Shown: positions 1-13,013 of the stretch, piece after piece | Layout of the letters: every line of letters begins with the position of its first letter | How positions within the stretch are numbered: the stretch's first letter is position 1 | Source: an uncultured Pseudomonadota bacterium | GTDB lineage: Bacteria > Oederibacteriota > Muellerivitia > Muellerivitales > Muellerivitaceae | Assembly (NCBI GenBank): GCA_963836235.1 | Contig: CAWIIP010000002.1 | Location: 640,001-704,000 of the forward strand | Length of the DNA stretch: 64,000 bases | Direction: 5' to 3' | Notes under the pieces: generated by a model | What the model saw: only the letters and a program-made list of their open reading frames with translations | Databases searched by the model: none | Told to the model about the DNA's origin: nothing | Program-made: the position numbers and the translations under genes

Positions 1-777
1 CGTCACAACCGTGTCCTTCGTCGGCTTGATCCCGACAATCTCCACCGCTTCCCCAACCTTCACCCGGCCTCTTTCAACACGACCCGTCGCTACCGTTCCA
101 CGGCCAGTGATCAGGAACACGTCCTCCACCGCCATCAGGAAGTCCTTGTCCACATCTCTCTTTGGCTCGGGAATATAGGCATCTACCGCTTCCATCAATT
201 TGAAAATCGCTGGTTCCCCAAGCTCACTAGTATCCCCTTCCAAGGCCTTCGTCGCCGAGCCTTTAATCACCGGCGTCTTGTCTCCAGGGAATCCATACTT
301 GGTCAAGAGTTCACGCACTTCAACTTCCACCAATTCCAACAGTTCTTTATCATCCACCATGTCGCACTTGTTCAGGAAAACAACCATAAATGGTACCCCT
401 ACCTGGCGGGCCAGCAAAATGTGTTCCCTTGTCTGCGGCATCGGGCCATCGGCGGCCGAGACCACCAGAATCGCACCGTCCATCTGCGCCGCTCCCGTCA
501 CCATGTTCTTGATATAGTCCGCGTGCCCTGGACAGTCCACGTGGGCGTAATGTCTATTTGCTGTTTGGTACTCCACGTGCGAGGTATTAATGGTAACTCC
601 ACGCTCCCTTTCTTCCGGGGCGTTATCGATGTCCGCATATCCCTTCGCGGTCGCCCAACCCTTCTTCGCCAAAACTGTCGTGATTGCCGCCGTCAGCGTC
701 GTCTTTCCATGATCGACGTGCCCGATCGTCCCAATATTCACGTGCGGCTTATTGCGTACGAATTTCTCTTTTGACAT
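1..777 (-). CDS. tuf: Elongation factor Tu (N-terminal part; runs off the window edge)
   Basis: Manual translation from ATG at 777: [29 protein letters not shown]...[25 protein letters not shown]...NKCD; GGGGAGG SD upstream; follows fusA. Confidence 0.98.
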   Translation of the reverse strand, partial: MSKEKFVRNKPHVNIGTIGHVDHGKTTLTAAITTVLAKKGWATAKGYADIDNAPEERERGVTINTSHVEYQTANRHYAHVDCPGHADYIKNMVTGAAQMDGAILVVSAADGPMPQTREHILLARQVGVPFMVVFLNKCDMVDDKELLELVEVEVRELLTKYGFPGDKTPVIKGSATKALEGDTSELGEPAIFKLMEAVDAYIPEPKRDVDKDFLMAVEDVFLITGRGTVATGRVERGRVKVGEAVEIVGIKPTKDTVVT

Positions 778-820
778 AGACACGCCTCCCCTTACACCCT
801 GTCCAGGGTGTTGAATTTTA

Positions 821-2902
821 TCAGCCTTTTACTTTTGCGATAATTTCCTGCTGAATCGTCCGAGGGGTTTCCTCGTAATGCGCAAACTGCATCGTATAAG
901 TGGCCCGGCCTTGAGTCATTGACCGTAGATTTGTTGAATAACCAAACATTTCAGAAAGGGGTACTTTGGACCTGATAATTTGGGCCGTTCCGCGCAATTC
1001 CATTCCTTCTATTTTTCCACGTTTGGATTGAAGATCTCCCATTACCGGGCCCATGAAATCATCCGGCGTGACCACCTCAACATCCATTACCGGTTCTAAA
1101 ATAATAGGTTCTGCGCTCCGCATGGCGTCTTTAAAAGCCATAGAAGCGGCAATTTTAAAAGCCATCTCATTAGAATCCACATCGTGGTAAGAACCATCCG
1201 TTAAAGTAACTTTAAAATCGACAACCGGGTACCCAGCTAATACTCCCGAATCCTTAGCCTCCATGATTCCCTTTTCGACCGCCGGGATATATTCTCGTGG
1301 AACCGTTCCACCTTTAACGGCATCCACAAACTCAATACCTTTTCCAGGGGCTTGCGGCTCCATTGTGATATAAACATGTCCATATTGACCACGGCCACCT
1401 GTTTGACGAATATATTTTCCTTCGGCTTCAACAGTCTTTCGAATCGTTTCGCGGTAAGCAACCTGCGGTTTTCCCACATTGGCCTGCACATTAAATTCTC
1501 TCATCATGCGATCGACGATGATTTCCAAATGCAATTCACCCATCCCCGAAATGATGGTTTGACCCGTTTCTTCGTCACCCTTGACCCGAAAAGAAGGATC
1601 CTCTTCAGCTAACTTACTTAAAGCCAAACCCATTTTTTCCTGATCAACCTTTGTTTTTGGTTCAATTGCGACAGAAATAACAGGCTCAGGAAAAACCATT
1701 TTTTCCAGAATAATGGGTTTTTCCTCAAGACACAAAGTATCTCCCGTAGTGATCGTTTTGATTCCAACGGTGGCTGCAATATCACCGGCATGAACTTCTT
1801 TTATTTCTTCCCTTTTATTCGCGTGCATCTGCAAGAGACGTCCGATACGTTCACGGCTCCCCTTAGTAGAGTTGTAAACATAGGAACCAATAGAAAGAGA
1901 TCCAGAATAAACCCGAAAATAAACCAGTTTTCCAACATGGGGATCAGTCATGATTTTAAAAGCCAAAGCCGAAAAGGGCGCATCGTCAGCGGCATCACGA
2001 GTTTCTTCTTCGTTCGTATCGGCGTTATGACCCTTCACCGGTGGAATATCAATTGGTGAAGGCAAATAATTAATAACAGCGTCCAATAAGGGCTGAACCC
2101 CTTTGTTTTTAAAAGCCGATCCACAAAAAACAGGGTTGAATTTATTAGAGATGGTTCCTTTTCGTATGCAACGTTGAAGTTCTTCAGCCGTTATTTCTTT
2201 TCCATCTAAATATTTTTGCATGACAGCATCATCGAACTCAGCTACAGCTTCCACCAACTCCTTATGGTAGGTCTCAGACATTTCCTTCATATCGGCAGGA
2301 ATTTCCTCAATCTCAAACTTAGCTCCCAACGTGTCATCAAGCCAACGATAACGTTTCATCTCAACCAAGTGAATGATACCGTCGAATTTCTCCTCCAACC
2401 CGACCGGCAAGACAACCGGATGTGCGTTAGCTCCGAGACGACTTCGCATTTGAGCAATAGCGGCGAAATAATCGGCACCAACACGGTCCATTTTGTTAAC
2501 AAAGGCAATTCGGGGCACTCCGTAATTAGTGGCTTGGCGCCAAACAGTTTCGGATTGAGGCTCAACCCCTTCAACAGCTCCAAAGACACCGATAGCTCCA
2601 TCCAAAACCCGAAGAGATCGCTCAACTTCAATCGTGAAGTCAACGTGACCAGGTGTGTCAATAATATTAATTCTGTTATTTTTCCAAAAACAAGTGGTTG
2701 CAGCCGAAGTAATAGTGATGCCACGCTCTTGCTCTTGGGGCATCCAATCCATAGTGGCGGCCCCATCATGCACTTCACCGATTTTATGAGTTCGACCCGT
2801 ATAGAAAAGAATACGTTCTGTCAACGTAGTTTTACCCGCGTCAATATGAGCCATAATGCCGATATTTCTAGTCTTCGCTAAAGATATTTGCCGTGTTCCC
2901 AA
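821..2902 (-). CDS. fusA: Elongation factor G
   Basis: [27 protein letters not shown] motifs; 693 aa; between rpsG and tuf; TTG start. Confidence 0.98.
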   Translation of the reverse strand: MGTRQISLAKTRNIGIMAHIDAGKTTLTERILFYTGRTHKIGEVHDGAATMDWMPQEQERGITITSAATTCFWKNNRINIIDTPGHVDFTIEVERSLRVLDGAIGVFGAVEGVEPQSETVWRQATNYGVPRIAFVNKMDRVGADYFAAIAQMRSRLGANAHPVVLPVGLEEKFDGIIHLVEMKRYRWLDDTLGAKFEIEEIPADMKEMSETYHKELVEAVAEFDDAVMQKYLDGKEITAEELQRCIRKGTISNKFNPVFCGSAFKNKGVQPLLDAVINYLPSPIDIPPVKGHNADTNEEETRDAADDAPFSALAFKIMTDPHVGKLVYFRVYSGSLSIGSYVYNSTKGSRERIGRLLQMHANKREEIKEVHAGDIAATVGIKTITTGDTLCLEEKPIILEKMVFPEPVISVAIEPKTKVDQEKMGLALSKLAEEDPSFRVKGDEETGQTIISGMGELHLEIIVDRMMREFNVQANVGKPQVAYRETIRKTVEAEGKYIRQTGGRGQYGHVYITMEPQAPGKGIEFVDAVKGGTVPREYIPAVEKGIMEAKDSGVLAGYPVVDFKVTLTDGSYHDVDSNEMAFKIAASMAFKDAMRSAEPIILEPVMDVEVVTPDDFMGPVMGDLQSKRGKIEGMELRGTAQIIRSKVPLSEMFGYSTNLRSMTQGRATYTMQFAHYEETPRTIQQEIIAKVKG

Positions 2903-2915
2903 TTTAAACCCTCAA

Positions 2916-3386
2916 TTACCAGCGATAGTGGGCAAAAGCTTGATTGGCTTCCGCCATTTTATGAGTATCTTCTTTTTTCTTAATTGATGTTCCCTGATTT
3001 TTAAAAGCATCCGTTAGTTCGGAAGCCAATTTTTCAGCGATTGTTTTTTCTTTACGGGCTCGGGCCGCGGTCAATATCCAGCGAATAGCTAGTGACGTGC
3101 GTCGTTCGGGGCGAATTTCAACAGGCACTTGATAAGTGGCGCCGCCGACACGACGAGACTTCACTTCCAATGCTGGCTTTACGTTTTCAATTGCGGTTTT
3201 AAAAATATTAAGCGCACCTTCTCCATGTTTTTCGCCCAGAAGGTCTAAGGCATCATAAAAACTACGGGACGCAACCATTTTTTGACCGTCGTACATCATT
3301 GAATTGATGAACTTCGTTACTAACTTATTGTTGTAACGTGAATCTGAAAGAACTTCCCGTTTAGCGGCTACTTTTCGACGAGGCAT
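2916..3386 (-). CDS. rpsG: 30S ribosomal protein S7
   Basis: MPRR start, [29 protein letters not shown] end. Confidence 0.98.
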   Translation of the reverse strand: MPRRKVAAKREVLSDSRYNNKLVTKFINSMMYDGQKMVASRSFYDALDLLGEKHGEGALNIFKTAIENVKPALEVKSRRVGGATYQVPVEIRPERRTSLAIRWILTAARARKEKTIAEKLASELTDAFKNQGTSIKKKEDTHKMAEANQAFAHYRW

Positions 3387-3396
3387 TTCTCACTCC

Positions 3397-3792
3397 TTAA
3401 GAAGCTTTTGCGGCGGCTTCTTTTTTAGGCCGTTTCATCCCGTATTTGGAACGTCCTTGTTTACGATCTGCGACACCGGCGGCATCTAACGCACCGCGGA
3501 TAATGTGATAACGCACCCCCGGAAGATCTTTCACACGACCTCCACGTATTAAAACAATCGAGTGTTCCTGTAAGTTGTGTCCAACCCCCGGAATATAACA
3601 AGTCACTTCCATTCCATTCGTCAAACGCACACGGGCAATTTTTCGCAATGCAGAGTTTGGTTTTTTAGGTGTCATTGTCGCAACTTTCACACATACGCCA
3701 CGTTTTTGCGGGCAAGCCTTTAAGGCCGGCGACTTTGTTTTGTGTTTGCTTTTTTCCCGGCCTCTACGGACCAATTGATTAAGCGTCGGCAA
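3397..3792 (-). CDS. rpsL: 30S ribosomal protein S12
   Basis: (M)[31 protein letters not shown]; start moved to TTG at 3792 behind GGAGGA SD. Confidence 0.97.
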   Translation of the reverse strand: MPTLNQLVRRGREKSKHKTKSPALKACPQKRGVCVKVATMTPKKPNSALRKIARVRLTNGMEVTCYIPGVGHNLQEHSIVLIRGGRVKDLPGVRYHIIRGALDAAGVADRKQGRSKYGMKRPKKEAAAKAS

Positions 3793-3813
3793 ATTTTCCT
3801 CCATCCCAAAAAT

Positions 3814-3846
3814 AAAAAAAGCAAAGACAGTGAGCTCCGCCTTTGC
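3814..3846 (-). terminator. Intrinsic terminator-like hairpin ~20 nt upstream of rpsL start
   Basis: Minus strand GCAAAGGCGG-AGCTCA-CTGTCTTTGC followed by T7. Confidence 0.7.
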
Positions 3847-4010
3847 CAAATGAATATTCCATATCAAACCCCGGGCTCTTTTTTAAAAGAGACCCAAGGG
3901 GGAATCTTCAAGCAAATCCCTCCCCTAGCTCACCATTTTTGAGGGACAAACCTCAAAAAAGGAGGATTTCTCAACCGCCTCACCTAACCCCGGCTCAAAC
4001 GCGGACGGGT

Positions 4011-4039
4011 AGGCTATCAAAAGGTTCAAGCCTGGTCAA
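4011..4039 (-). promoter_or_regulatory. Putative sigma70 promoter of the str operon overlapping the rpoC stop
   Basis: TTGACC (4039-4034) - 17 nt - TAGCCT (4016-4011), A-tract upstream. Confidence 0.5.
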
Positions 4040-7000
4040 GGCTTTTTTTTCCAGAATTACCTTCTTCTATCTTCAAATCCGGGTCATCTAATTCGGTCGA
4101 AGGCTGGGCGGCAATACCAATTGGCAACTCTTCTTCGGGCTCGTCAACTTTGATCTTAACTCCTCGATAAAAGGGACTTCCTGTACCCGCTGGAATAAGA
4201 TGCCCCATGATCACATTTTCTTTAAGGCCCCTCAGTTCATCAATTTTTCCCGAAACAGCAGCCTCGGTCAAAACTTTAGTAGTCTCCTGGAAACTGGCCG
4301 CCGAAATAAAGCTTTCCGTCCCCAAAGAAGCCTTAGTTATTCCCAAAAGAATCGGCCGGGCACTGGCGGTTTTGCCGTCCTTCTCAGATACCCGCTCGTT
4401 TTCCTTTTTGAATTTCCCCTTATCAACTTGCTGTTTTGGTAAAAACTCTGTATCGCCCGGTTCTTGAACAACTACTTTTCTCATCATTTGGCGGATGATG
4501 ACCTCAATATGCTTGTCGTTAATCTTCACGCCTTGAAGTCTGTAAACCTCTTGAACCTTGCTCAAGAGATATTCTTGAACAGCCGCATCCCCCTGTACCT
4601 CAAGGATATCATGCGGATCAACAGGCCCATCGGTTAAAGCATCGCCCGGTCGAACAAAATCTCCTTCGTGAATATTCAAGTGTTTTCCATAAGGAATTGC
4701 ATATTCTTCTTCAATTGCTTTTTTACCTTCGGTATTTGTTACAATTAACTTTTGATACCCTTTGGAGGCAATACCAAAACCAACTGTACCACTGATTTTT
4801 GCAATAACCGCATTCCCCTTCGGACGCCGAGCCTCAAAAAGCTCCGCAACACGGGGTAAACCACCCGTGATATCACGAGTTTTAGAAATTTCTCTAGGGA
4901 TTTTCGAGAGAATATCGCCCGCCATAATTTTATCGCCATCCATTACGTTAATAAGAGATCCTGTTGGCAACCGATAGCTTTTAATAGCTTCACCCGTTTC
5001 AGGATTCATAATCACACAACGGGGGGATAAATTTTCATCTTTATACTCAATAACCGCGCGTTCCTTCAACCCTGTTGAAGAGTCAATTTCCTCTCGAACT
5101 GTAACACCACGAATCACATCTTGAAGTTTCACTAAACCCGAAACCTCAGTGAAAATTGGAACTTTATACAAGTCCCAATGAGCCAACAATTGACCTTCTT
5201 TCACAACTGCTTCTTCTCGAATTTTTAAAGTAGAACCAAAAGGAACCACATAATTTTCCATGGCCCTTCCCTTTTCATCATAAACCGAAATTTCACCATT
5301 TCGATTTAAGACAATTAGCTCCTTATTACGATTTTCAACAAGTTTCAAGTTATGAAAACGAACTATTCCATTTTTGTTTGATTCTATCTTCGATTGCTCC
5401 AACGCACGGCTAGCCGCTCCTCCAACGTGAAATGTACGAAGTGTCAACTGGGTCCCAGGCTCACCAATTGACTGGGCGGCAATAATGCCAACAGCTTCTC
5501 CGATCTGGACCATCTTACCGTTGGACATGTTCACACCGTAACATTTGGCGCAAACACCTCTTTCCAATTCACAAGTCAGAACAGAACGAACTCGAATTTG
5601 TTCAATTCCAGCCTCTTCGAGTTTTTCAGCAACATCTTCCGTGATAATCTGTCCACTTTTAACAATGACTTCAGAAGTCAACAAATTGGCCACGTTATCA
5701 ACCGCAACTCGGTTAGCAATACGATCTTTTAACGGCTCGATAATCTCAATCCCTTCCTTGATGGCTCCCACACGAATACCGTTGACGGTCCCACAATCCT
5801 CCGCATTAATGATGACCTCTTGGGAAACGTCCACCAAACGTCTCGTGAGGTAACCCGCATCCGCCGTTTTCAAAGCCGTATCCGCAAGACCCTTACGGGC
5901 ACCGTGAGTTGAGATGAAATACTCCAATACCGTAAGTCCCTCTCGGAAGTTAGCGGTAATAGGTGATTCAATAATTTCACCAATGGAACCCGTAATTTTT
6001 TGAAGAGGCTTGGCCATCAGTCCCCGCATGCCCGCCAATTGGCGAATTTGCATCTTGGAGCCCCTAGCTCCAGAATCCGCCATCATATAAATAGGATTAA
6101 ATCCATGTTCGTCTTGTTTTAGGTTCTCAAACATAACTTCAGCGATTTCATCGGTTGTATGCGTCCAGATATCGATGACTTTGTTATAACGCTCACCGGC
6201 AGTAATGATGCCCTTCTTATACTGGTTTTCAATTTCAGCCACTTCTTTGTATGACCGTTTCAAAATGTCAGTCTTATCTTTTGGTATGAGCATGTCATCA
6301 ATCGATACCGTAATTCCCGCCTGGGTGGCATATTTGAAGCCCAGTTCCTTAATATCGTCCAAAAGTTTGACTGTGATATCCTGACCCAATTTTTCGTAGC
6401 AAAGGGCCACTAGGTCCCCCAACTCTTTCTTGGTCATGACCCGATTCACATACGGCAAACCCGAAGGAATAATTTGGTTAAATATAACTCGCCCCACGGT
6501 GGTTTCGATAAGCTTACCGTTCCGACGAACTTTAATACGAGCATGTTTACCAACCTGCTTGGACTCGAGCGCTATAACAACTTCCAGAGCGCTTGAGAAA
6601 ACTTTTCCCTCGCCTTTATCACCCGGCATTTCCTTGGTGATGTAATAAGAACCTAAAACGATGTCTTGAGTGGGTGTTACAATAGGTCGCCCATTGGACG
6701 TGGAATTTATATTATTGGTCGACAGCATTAGGAATCGCGATTCCATTTGCGCTTCACTGGAAAGAGGCACGTGAACCGCCATCTGATCGCCGTCAAAATC
6801 GGCGTTAAACGCCGTACAAACCAGTGGGTGAATTTGAATAGCACGTCCTTCAATGAGCACCGGTTGAAAAGCTTGAATTCCCTGACGATGCAAAGTTGGA
6901 GCACGGTTCAACAAAACATGGTGGTCACGGATGACTTCGGCCAAAATATCCCACACTTCGGGCTTAACTCGCTCAACCATTTTCCGCGCACTCTTAATAG

Positions 7001-8258
7001 TATGAACATAACCACGATCTTCTAATTTTTTAATGATGAAGGGCTTGAATAACTCCAAGGCCATTTTTTTAGGCAAGCCACATTGGTTCATCTTTAGCTC
7101 AGGACCCACCACAATAACGGAACGCCCCGAATAATCGACCCGTTTTCCCAAAAGATTTTGACGGAAACGACCTTGCTTGCCCTTCAACATATCAGAAAGG
7201 GACTTTAACGGACGATTACCCGGACCACGGACAGCATGACCACGACGTCCATTATCCAAAAGCGCATCCACCGCTTCTTGCAACATGCGCTTTTCGTTTC
7301 GAACAATGACTTCAGGCGCATGAAGTTCCAAGAGTTTTTTCAAACGGTTATTTCGATTGATGACTCGACGATACAGATCATTCAAATCAGAAGTCGCAAA
7401 ACGCCCTCCATCCAATGGCACTAGCGGACGAAGTTCAGGCGGAATCACCGGCAATACTTCCAAAAACATCCATTCAGGCTTGTTGTCACTCTTGCGGAAG
7501 CTTTCAATAACTTTCAACCGTTTAATAATAGTCTTTCGTTTTTGCTCACTGTTGGTTTGCTTCATTTGTACGCGAAGCTTCTTATCCAAGTCCTCTAAGT
7601 CGACCATTCGAATCAAATCGCGAATAGCTTCTGCACCCATTTTGGTTTTTAAAGAAGCTCCGTACTCTAGACGAAGCTTTTGGTATTCATCCTCGGAAAG
7701 AAGCTGGCCAACTTCTACTGGCGCTTTCCCAGGATCCAAAGTGACATAAGACTCGTAATAAATAACCCTTTCCAGATTACGCGTGGACATCTCTAACAAA
7801 TAACCCATGCGGGAAGGAACGCCTTTTAAATACCAAATGTGGGAAACCAAGCACGCCAATTCAATATGGCCCATACGTTCGCGACGAACCTTTGCCTGAG
7901 TTACTTCCACCCCACATCGGTCACAGATGACATCTTTATACTTAATCCGTTTATATTTACCGCAGGCACATTCCCAATCTCTCGTTGGCCCAAAAATCTT
8001 CTCACAAAATAACCCATTTTTTTCGGGCTTGAAGGTACGGTAATTAATCGTTTCGGGTTTCTTGACTTCTCCATGAGACCAAGACCGAATTGTTTCAGGG
8101 GAAGAAAGTCCAATTTTAATGGCATCAAATCGCGGGGTTTCTTTAAGCAAGTTTTCAAGATTAGCTTTCTTTTCAACTAAAACTGGCGGCACTTCCGGTG
8201 CAGCCGGCTTTACAACTTCACTTTCACTCTCAGGGGTAGTTGATTTGACTTGGCTCAT
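4026..8258 (-). CDS. rpoC: RNA polymerase beta' subunit
   Basis: NADFDGD catalytic motif, N-terminal Zn ribbon (CACGKYK...CDRC), trigger-loop insertion; 1410 aa. Confidence 0.99.
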   Translation of the reverse strand: MSQVKSTTPESESEVVKPAAPEVPPVLVEKKANLENLLKETPRFDAIKIGLSSPETIRSWSHGEVKKPETINYRTFKPEKNGLFCEKIFGPTRDWECACGKYKRIKYKDVICDRCGVEVTQAKVRRERMGHIELACLVSHIWYLKGVPSRMGYLLEMSTRNLERVIYYESYVTLDPGKAPVEVGQLLSEDEYQKLRLEYGASLKTKMGAEAIRDLIRMVDLEDLDKKLRVQMKQTNSEQKRKTIIKRLKVIESFRKSDNKPEWMFLEVLPVIPPELRPLVPLDGGRFATSDLNDLYRRVINRNNRLKKLLELHAPEVIVRNEKRMLQEAVDALLDNGRRGHAVRGPGNRPLKSLSDMLKGKQGRFRQNLLGKRVDYSGRSVIVVGPELKMNQCGLPKKMALELFKPFIIKKLEDRGYVHTIKSARKMVERVKPEVWDILAEVIRDHHVLLNRAPTLHRQGIQAFQPVLIEGRAIQIHPLVCTAFNADFDGDQMAVHVPLSSEAQMESRFLMLSTNNINSTSNGRPIVTPTQDIVLGSYYITKEMPGDKGEGKVFSSALEVVIALESKQVGKHARIKVRRNGKLIETTVGRVIFNQIIPSGLPYVNRVMTKKELGDLVALCYEKLGQDITVKLLDDIKELGFKYATQAGITVSIDDMLIPKDKTDILKRSYKEVAEIENQYKKGIITAGERYNKVIDIWTHTTDEIAEVMFENLKQDEHGFNPIYMMADSGARGSKMQIRQLAGMRGLMAKPLQKITGSIGEIIESPITANFREGLTVLEYFISTHGARKGLADTALKTADAGYLTRRLVDVSQEVIINAEDCGTVNGIRVGAIKEGIEIIEPLKDRIANRVAVDNVANLLTSEVIVKSGQIITEDVAEKLEEAGIEQIRVRSVLTCELERGVCAKCYGVNMSNGKMVQIGEAVGIIAAQSIGEPGTQLTLRTFHVGGAASRALEQSKIESNKNGIVRFHNLKLVENRNKELIVLNRNGEISVYDEKGRAMENYVVPFGSTLKIREEAVVKEGQLLAHWDLYKVPIFTEVSGLVKLQDVIRGVTVREEIDSSTGLKERAVIEYKDENLSPRCVIMNPETGEAIKSYRLPTGSLINVMDGDKIMAGDILSKIPREISKTRDITGGLPRVAELFEARRPKGNAVIAKISGTVGFGIASKGYQKLIVTNTEGKKAIEEEYAIPYGKHLNIHEGDFVRPGDALTDGPVDPHDILEVQGDAAVQEYLLSKVQEVYRLQGVKINDKHIEVIIRQMMRKVVVQEPGDTEFLPKQQVDKGKFKKENERVSEKDGKTASARPILLGITKASLGTESFISAASFQETTKVLTEAAVSGKIDELRGLKENVIMGHLIPAGTGSPFYRGVKIKVDEPEEELPIGIAAQPSTELDDPDLKIEEGNSGKKSLDQA

Positions 8259-8270
8259 TTTTCCCCCTCC

Positions 8271-11200
8271 TTAATTGGAATTCTTGATCAATTTGACATC
8301 CAAACACAAGCCTTGCAATTCTTTCACTAATACGTTGAATGACTCCGGAATACCGGGTTCCGGAGCGTTTTTACCCTTCACGATGGCTTCGTAAACCTTA
8401 GTTCGACCCTGGACATCATCTGATTTCACCGTCAAAAGCTCCTGAAGGGTATAAGCCGCGCCATAGGCTTCCAACGCCCAAACTTCCATTTCTCCAAAAC
8501 GCTGGCCACCAAATTGCGCCTTGCCACCTAATGGTTGTTGCGTGATAAGGGAATAAGGCCCAATAGAACGAGCGTGAATCTTGTCATCAACCAAGTGGGC
8601 TAATTTCAAAATATAAATATAGCCAACCGTTACCTCTTGATCGAAAGATTCGCCGGTCATCCCATCGTACAAAGTGATTTTTCCGGAGTCGGGCAGGTTT
8701 TGTTCTTTTAGCGCCTTTTTAATCTCTTCTTCTTTAGCGCCGTCAAAAACAGGAGACGCAACATGATACCCACCCTCGCTCGCGGCCCACCCTAAGTGGG
8801 TTTCCAAAATTTGCCCAACATTCATACGAGAAGGGACACCCAGGGGGTTCAAAATGATATCTACTGGCCTACCATTAGGAAGATAAGGCATGTCTTCAAC
8901 CGGAACAATTTTAGAGACAACCCCTTTATTACCGTGACGACCCGCCATTTTATCCCCTACTGATAACTTGCGTTTTTTGGCAACATAAACTTTCACAAGC
9001 TTTATAACTCCCGGCGGAAGCTCGTCGCCCTTTTTCACCTTCTCTACTTCATTGTTCTTCTCCCGTTCAATTTCCCTGACGCGATTCAAAAGAACCTCGT
9101 TCAAGCGCTTTATTTCTTCTTCGGTTTGTTCTTCTAAGGTGTTCTTTTCGCTTTTATTCAGGTCTTTCGATTTTTCCTCTGTTTGCTTTTTCAAGACTTC
9201 AATACGATTCTCATTTTCTTTTTCAAGTTGTTTGATTTTGTGAGCCGAATCTTTCTCTATGGCTTTAACCATAGAAGCATCACGGCCTTTAATCTTTTCA
9301 TCCTTTTCCTTACGCTTAAAGACCTTGACGTCAATGACCTTACCTTCCACGCCCGGCGGAACTCGCAGGGAAGCGTCCCTAACATCCCCAGCCTTCTCAC
9401 CAAAAATAGCGCGCAAAAGTTTTTCTTCGGGCGTCAACTCAGTTTCGCCTTTCGGAGTGACTTTCCCAACCAAGATATCACCAGGAACTATTTCAGCTCC
9501 AATTCGAACAATACCTTCTTCATCAAGATCTTTTAAAGCTTCGTCGCCAACATTAGGAATATCCCGCGTAATTTCTTCTTTGCCCAGTTTGGTGTCACGC
9601 GCCTCAAGTTCAAACTCCTCAATGTGAACCGAAGTAAAATAGTCTTCACGAACTAATTTTTCAGAAACAATAATAGCATCCTCGAAATTAAATCCCCTCC
9701 AAGGCATAAAAGCCACGAGAAGATTCCTGCCTAAAGCCAATTCTCCCTGGTCAGTGGAAGGTCCGTCGGCAATTACATCGCCTTTTTTCACTTTCTCACC
9801 TTTTTTGACAATCGGCCTTTGATTAATACAAGTATCCTGATTAGAACGTTTGTACTTGGTCAGTTTATAAATATCAACCGAACCAGTTTCATCAACCTCA
9901 TCAGCAAAAACGATAATTTCATCTGAAGAAACGCCAGCCACAACTCCATCGCGCTTGGCTATAACCAAAACACCCGAGTCATAAGCCGCTTTATATTCCA
10001 TTCCAGTTCCTACAAAAGGGGCCTCCGTACGTATCAATGGGACGGCCTGCCGTTGCATGTTAGAACCCATTAAGGCGCGATTTGCATCGTCATGTTCCAA
10101 AAAGGGAATGAGGGACGTTGCCACCGAAAACAATTGACGAGGCGAAACGTCCATGTAATGAACATCACTAGGACCCGCCAAAGGGAAATCATCTTTATAT
10201 CGCGCCGCAATAATGTCATTAGAGAATTTGTTACTATCATCCAAAGGTGTATTTGCTTGGGCGATCACATACTTATCTGCATCATCCGCGGGCAAAAATT
10301 CAATTTTCTTAGAGACTCTTCCACCTTCGACTTTCCTTAAGGGTGTCGTCACAAAACCATACTCATTAATTTGGGCATACGTCGAAAGGGACGCAATCAA
10401 GCCAATATTAGGACCTTCCGGTGTCTCAATTGGGCAAACCCTACCATAATGCGTATGGTGAACGTCGCGCACTTCGAATCCAGCGCGTTCCCGGTTCAAT
10501 CCACCCGGACCCAATGCCGACAAACGTCTCTTGTGGGTCAATTCAGCTAAAGGGTTAGTCTGATCCATGAATTGGGATAATTGGGAAGTCCCAAAAAACT
10601 CCTTCACAGCTGCCGTGATTGGCTTGGTTGAGATCAGTTGACTGGGCATTGGATTCATGTCCATATCAACGATCGACATGCGTTCCCGCACAGCCCGCTC
10701 CATTCGGGTAAAGCCCAAACGCAATTTGTTTTCAAGCAATTCCCCAGCTGTACGAACACGACGGTTGCCCAAGTGGTCAATGTCATCCTTTTCACCCTTA
10801 CCATTACAAAGATCAAAAAGATAACGAATAATCAGCACCAAGTCTTCCTTGGAAACCGTACGTTGATCCAACGAAGTCTTTAGTCCCAATTTTTTATTCA
10901 TCTTATAGCGGCCAACACGAGCCAAATCATAACGCTTCTTGTTAAAAAATAAATTTTCCATCAGACTCTTGGCATTCTCCAAGGTCGGAGGATCACCCGG
11001 ACGCATCTTTTTGTAAATTTCGACAAGAGCCGTTTCTTGAGAATGAGTATTATCTTTGCGAAGCGTACTCAAAATAGAAACATCATTTGGATTGGAGGGA
11101 ACCGCCTTGACCTGCTTGACGCCAAGTTTCTTCAAAGCCATTACCACTTCCGCAGTAAAATCGGCGCCGGCCTCCACCAACACTTCACCCGTTTCGGGAT

Positions 11201-11960
11201 GAGCCACATCTTGTGCGGCTGCTTTCCCCTGAAGTTTCTTTTCGGAAACTTCTAAGTTTTCAACATCAAAAAAAATCTTCAAAATATCTTCGTCCGTGGA
11301 AAAACCCCAACCACGGAGAAGAGTGCTGGCTACAAATTTCCGTTTGCGGTCAATACGGGCGTAAAGAATTCCGTTCACGTCGAATTCAAATTCTAACCAC
11401 GAACCATGGTAAGGAATGACACTTGTCATATACATTTTTTTACCAGAAGAAGACAACTTGCCATCATCTTCGTCAAAAGTCACCCCGGGAGAACGGTGAA
11501 GTTGAGAAACAATGACACGTTCAGCACCATTAATCATAAATGTTCCGCGGTCGGTCATCATGGGAAGATCGCAAAAGAAAACCTCTTGCTCGCGGATATC
11601 CTTCACCTTTTTAGTCCCGGTTTCAGGATCTTCTTCACGAATAACGAGGCGCAAGGTAACTTTCATCGGAACGGAATAAGTCATGCCGCGTTCTTGACAT
11701 TCCCGCACATTGTATTTGGGATCTAAAAGAGCATAAGAAACAAACTCCAAGGAGGAAACTTCATTGAAATCCCAAATGGGAAAAACACTTGTAAAAACCG
11801 ACTGAAGACCCTGATCGATGCGCTGTTCGGTTGTCGCACCCTTTTGTAAAAAGACCTCGTAAGATTTTCTTTGAAATTCAATTAGATCGGGCATATCCAT
11901 GATGGATGAGATGCGGCTAAAATCAATACGTTCACGGCGACCAAATTTCATTTTTTTCAC
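8271..11960 (-). CDS. rpoB: RNA polymerase beta subunit
   Basis: [51 protein letters not shown]; GTG start behind GGAGG (alternative ATG at 11951). Confidence 0.99.
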   Translation of the reverse strand: MKKMKFGRRERIDFSRISSIMDMPDLIEFQRKSYEVFLQKGATTEQRIDQGLQSVFTSVFPIWDFNEVSSLEFVSYALLDPKYNVRECQERGMTYSVPMKVTLRLVIREEDPETGTKKVKDIREQEVFFCDLPMMTDRGTFMINGAERVIVSQLHRSPGVTFDEDDGKLSSSGKKMYMTSVIPYHGSWLEFEFDVNGILYARIDRKRKFVASTLLRGWGFSTDEDILKIFFDVENLEVSEKKLQGKAAAQDVAHPETGEVLVEAGADFTAEVVMALKKLGVKQVKAVPSNPNDVSILSTLRKDNTHSQETALVEIYKKMRPGDPPTLENAKSLMENLFFNKKRYDLARVGRYKMNKKLGLKTSLDQRTVSKEDLVLIIRYLFDLCNGKGEKDDIDHLGNRRVRTAGELLENKLRLGFTRMERAVRERMSIVDMDMNPMPSQLISTKPITAAVKEFFGTSQLSQFMDQTNPLAELTHKRRLSALGPGGLNRERAGFEVRDVHHTHYGRVCPIETPEGPNIGLIASLSTYAQINEYGFVTTPLRKVEGGRVSKKIEFLPADDADKYVIAQANTPLDDSNKFSNDIIAARYKDDFPLAGPSDVHYMDVSPRQLFSVATSLIPFLEHDDANRALMGSNMQRQAVPLIRTEAPFVGTGMEYKAAYDSGVLVIAKRDGVVAGVSSDEIIVFADEVDETGSVDIYKLTKYKRSNQDTCINQRPIVKKGEKVKKGDVIADGPSTDQGELALGRNLLVAFMPWRGFNFEDAIIVSEKLVREDYFTSVHIEEFELEARDTKLGKEEITRDIPNVGDEALKDLDEEGIVRIGAEIVPGDILVGKVTPKGETELTPEEKLLRAIFGEKAGDVRDASLRVPPGVEGKVIDVKVFKRKEKDEKIKGRDASMVKAIEKDSAHKIKQLEKENENRIEVLKKQTEEKSKDLNKSEKNTLEEQTEEEIKRLNEVLLNRVREIEREKNNEVEKVKKGDELPPGVIKLVKVYVAKKRKLSVGDKMAGRHGNKGVVSKIVPVEDMPYLPNGRPVDIILNPLGVPSRMNVGQILETHLGWAASEGGYHVASPVFDGAKEEEIKKALKEQNLPDSGKITLYDGMTGESFDQEVTVGYIYILKLAHLVDDKIHARSIGPYSLITQQPLGGKAQFGGQRFGEMEVWALEAYGAAYTLQELLTVKSDDVQGRTKVYEAIVKGKNAPEPGIPESFNVLVKELQGLCLDVKLIKNSN

Positions 11961-12016
11961 TGAAAATCCTCCGGAAGAAAACAGGAATAAGCCTTTTATT
12001 ACATCCTAGAAAACAA

Positions 12017-12044
12017 AAAACGAGAAAAGAGCTTTTCTCGTTTT
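12017..12044 (-). terminator. Terminator/attenuator hairpin in the rpoB leader
   Basis: Perfect 13-bp inverted repeat AAAACGAGAAAAG/CTTTTCTCGTTTT continuing into TTGTTTT on the minus strand. Confidence 0.7.
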
Positions 12045-12059
12045 GGCCAAAGAGGGGTG

Positions 12060-12089
12060 ATTATACAGATTGCTTTGAAATGATGTCAA
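12060..12089 (-). promoter_or_regulatory. Consensus sigma70 promoter for rpoBC
   Basis: TTGACA (12089-12084) - 18 nt - TATAAT (12065-12060). Confidence 0.75.
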
Positions 12090-12093
12090 CAAT

Positions 12094-12984
12094 TTATATT
12101 GTTTCTTTTTCTAATTCTAATTTAATAATTCTCGGTAACCCCTGTAAATCCCGGTAAAGGCTCTGCTTGTAAGATCCAAAAAGACGAGAAACCGTTTTAT
12201 AACCATTAGCATGAATTTCCAAAAAAGCCCCACCCTCTGGTAAAAGTCTGTTTTCAATCCCATAAAACAGTTCTTCGTAAGCCTTAAACCCCCGATTTTC
12301 GGCATATAAAGCTTCAGGTGGTTCGTAATCCTTAACTTCTGGAGCTAGTTCGTTTTTTTCATCAAACGAAATGTAAGGTGGATTACTAGTGATAACTCCA
12401 AATTCAACTGGATCTCCAGGTTTTAAGGCCTCAAACCAATAGCCTTGACGCCAATGAATGGATGGCGTATCCAGGTTTTGAGCATTAAAGGAAGCAATTT
12501 CAAGAGCCTTTTGCGAAATATCCACCGCCCAAACTCGACAAGGAACATGTTTTGCTATCGCAATGGCAATACAACCACTGCCCGTACCAAGATCTAAAAC
12601 TATTCTTTTTTCTTCAGGCAGTTTTCCAAGACACTCAATCGCACACTCAACTAATTGCTCAGTTTCAGGGCGTGGGATCAAAACTCCTGGTCCAACTTTA
12701 AAGTTGAGTCCGAAAAACTCCCGTTGCCCAGTAATGTATTGAATGGGTTCATGCTGCGATCGGCGTTTTAGAAGATCACGAATAATTTTTAATTCCTGAG
12801 TATCCAGGGGGCGATCAAATTGAAGATAAACCTTCAGTCGGTCCATCTTTAAAGCGTAAGCCATCAGTAATTCAACATCAAATCTCGGATTCTGAATACC
12901 CTTTTGAGTCAGAAAAGGAACCGCCCATTGAATAATTTTCAAGGGAGTCCAAACATTTTGAGATTTCTGATTTCCTTTCATCAA
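12094..12984 (-). CDS. prmC: Release factor glutamine methyltransferase
   Basis: VLIPRPETE, DLGTGSG, SNPPY motifs; directly after prfA. Confidence 0.96.
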   Translation of the reverse strand: MMKGNQKSQNVWTPLKIIQWAVPFLTQKGIQNPRFDVELLMAYALKMDRLKVYLQFDRPLDTQELKIIRDLLKRRSQHEPIQYITGQREFFGLNFKVGPGVLIPRPETEQLVECAIECLGKLPEEKRIVLDLGTGSGCIAIAIAKHVPCRVWAVDISQKALEIASFNAQNLDTPSIHWRQGYWFEALKPGDPVEFGVITSNPPYISFDEKNELAPEVKDYEPPEALYAENRGFKAYEELFYGIENRLLPEGGAFLEIHANGYKTVSRLFGSYKQSLYRDLQGLPRIIKLELEKETI

Positions 12985-13013
12985 AACCTTTCTGATTTCA
13001 TCCCTCTAAAAAA

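Noticed and set aside
2216-2881. Long plus-strand ORFs (221 aa here; also 45717-46373 and 48193-48885)
   Set aside because: Antisense shadows of fusA, mltG and alaS with no recognisable motifs
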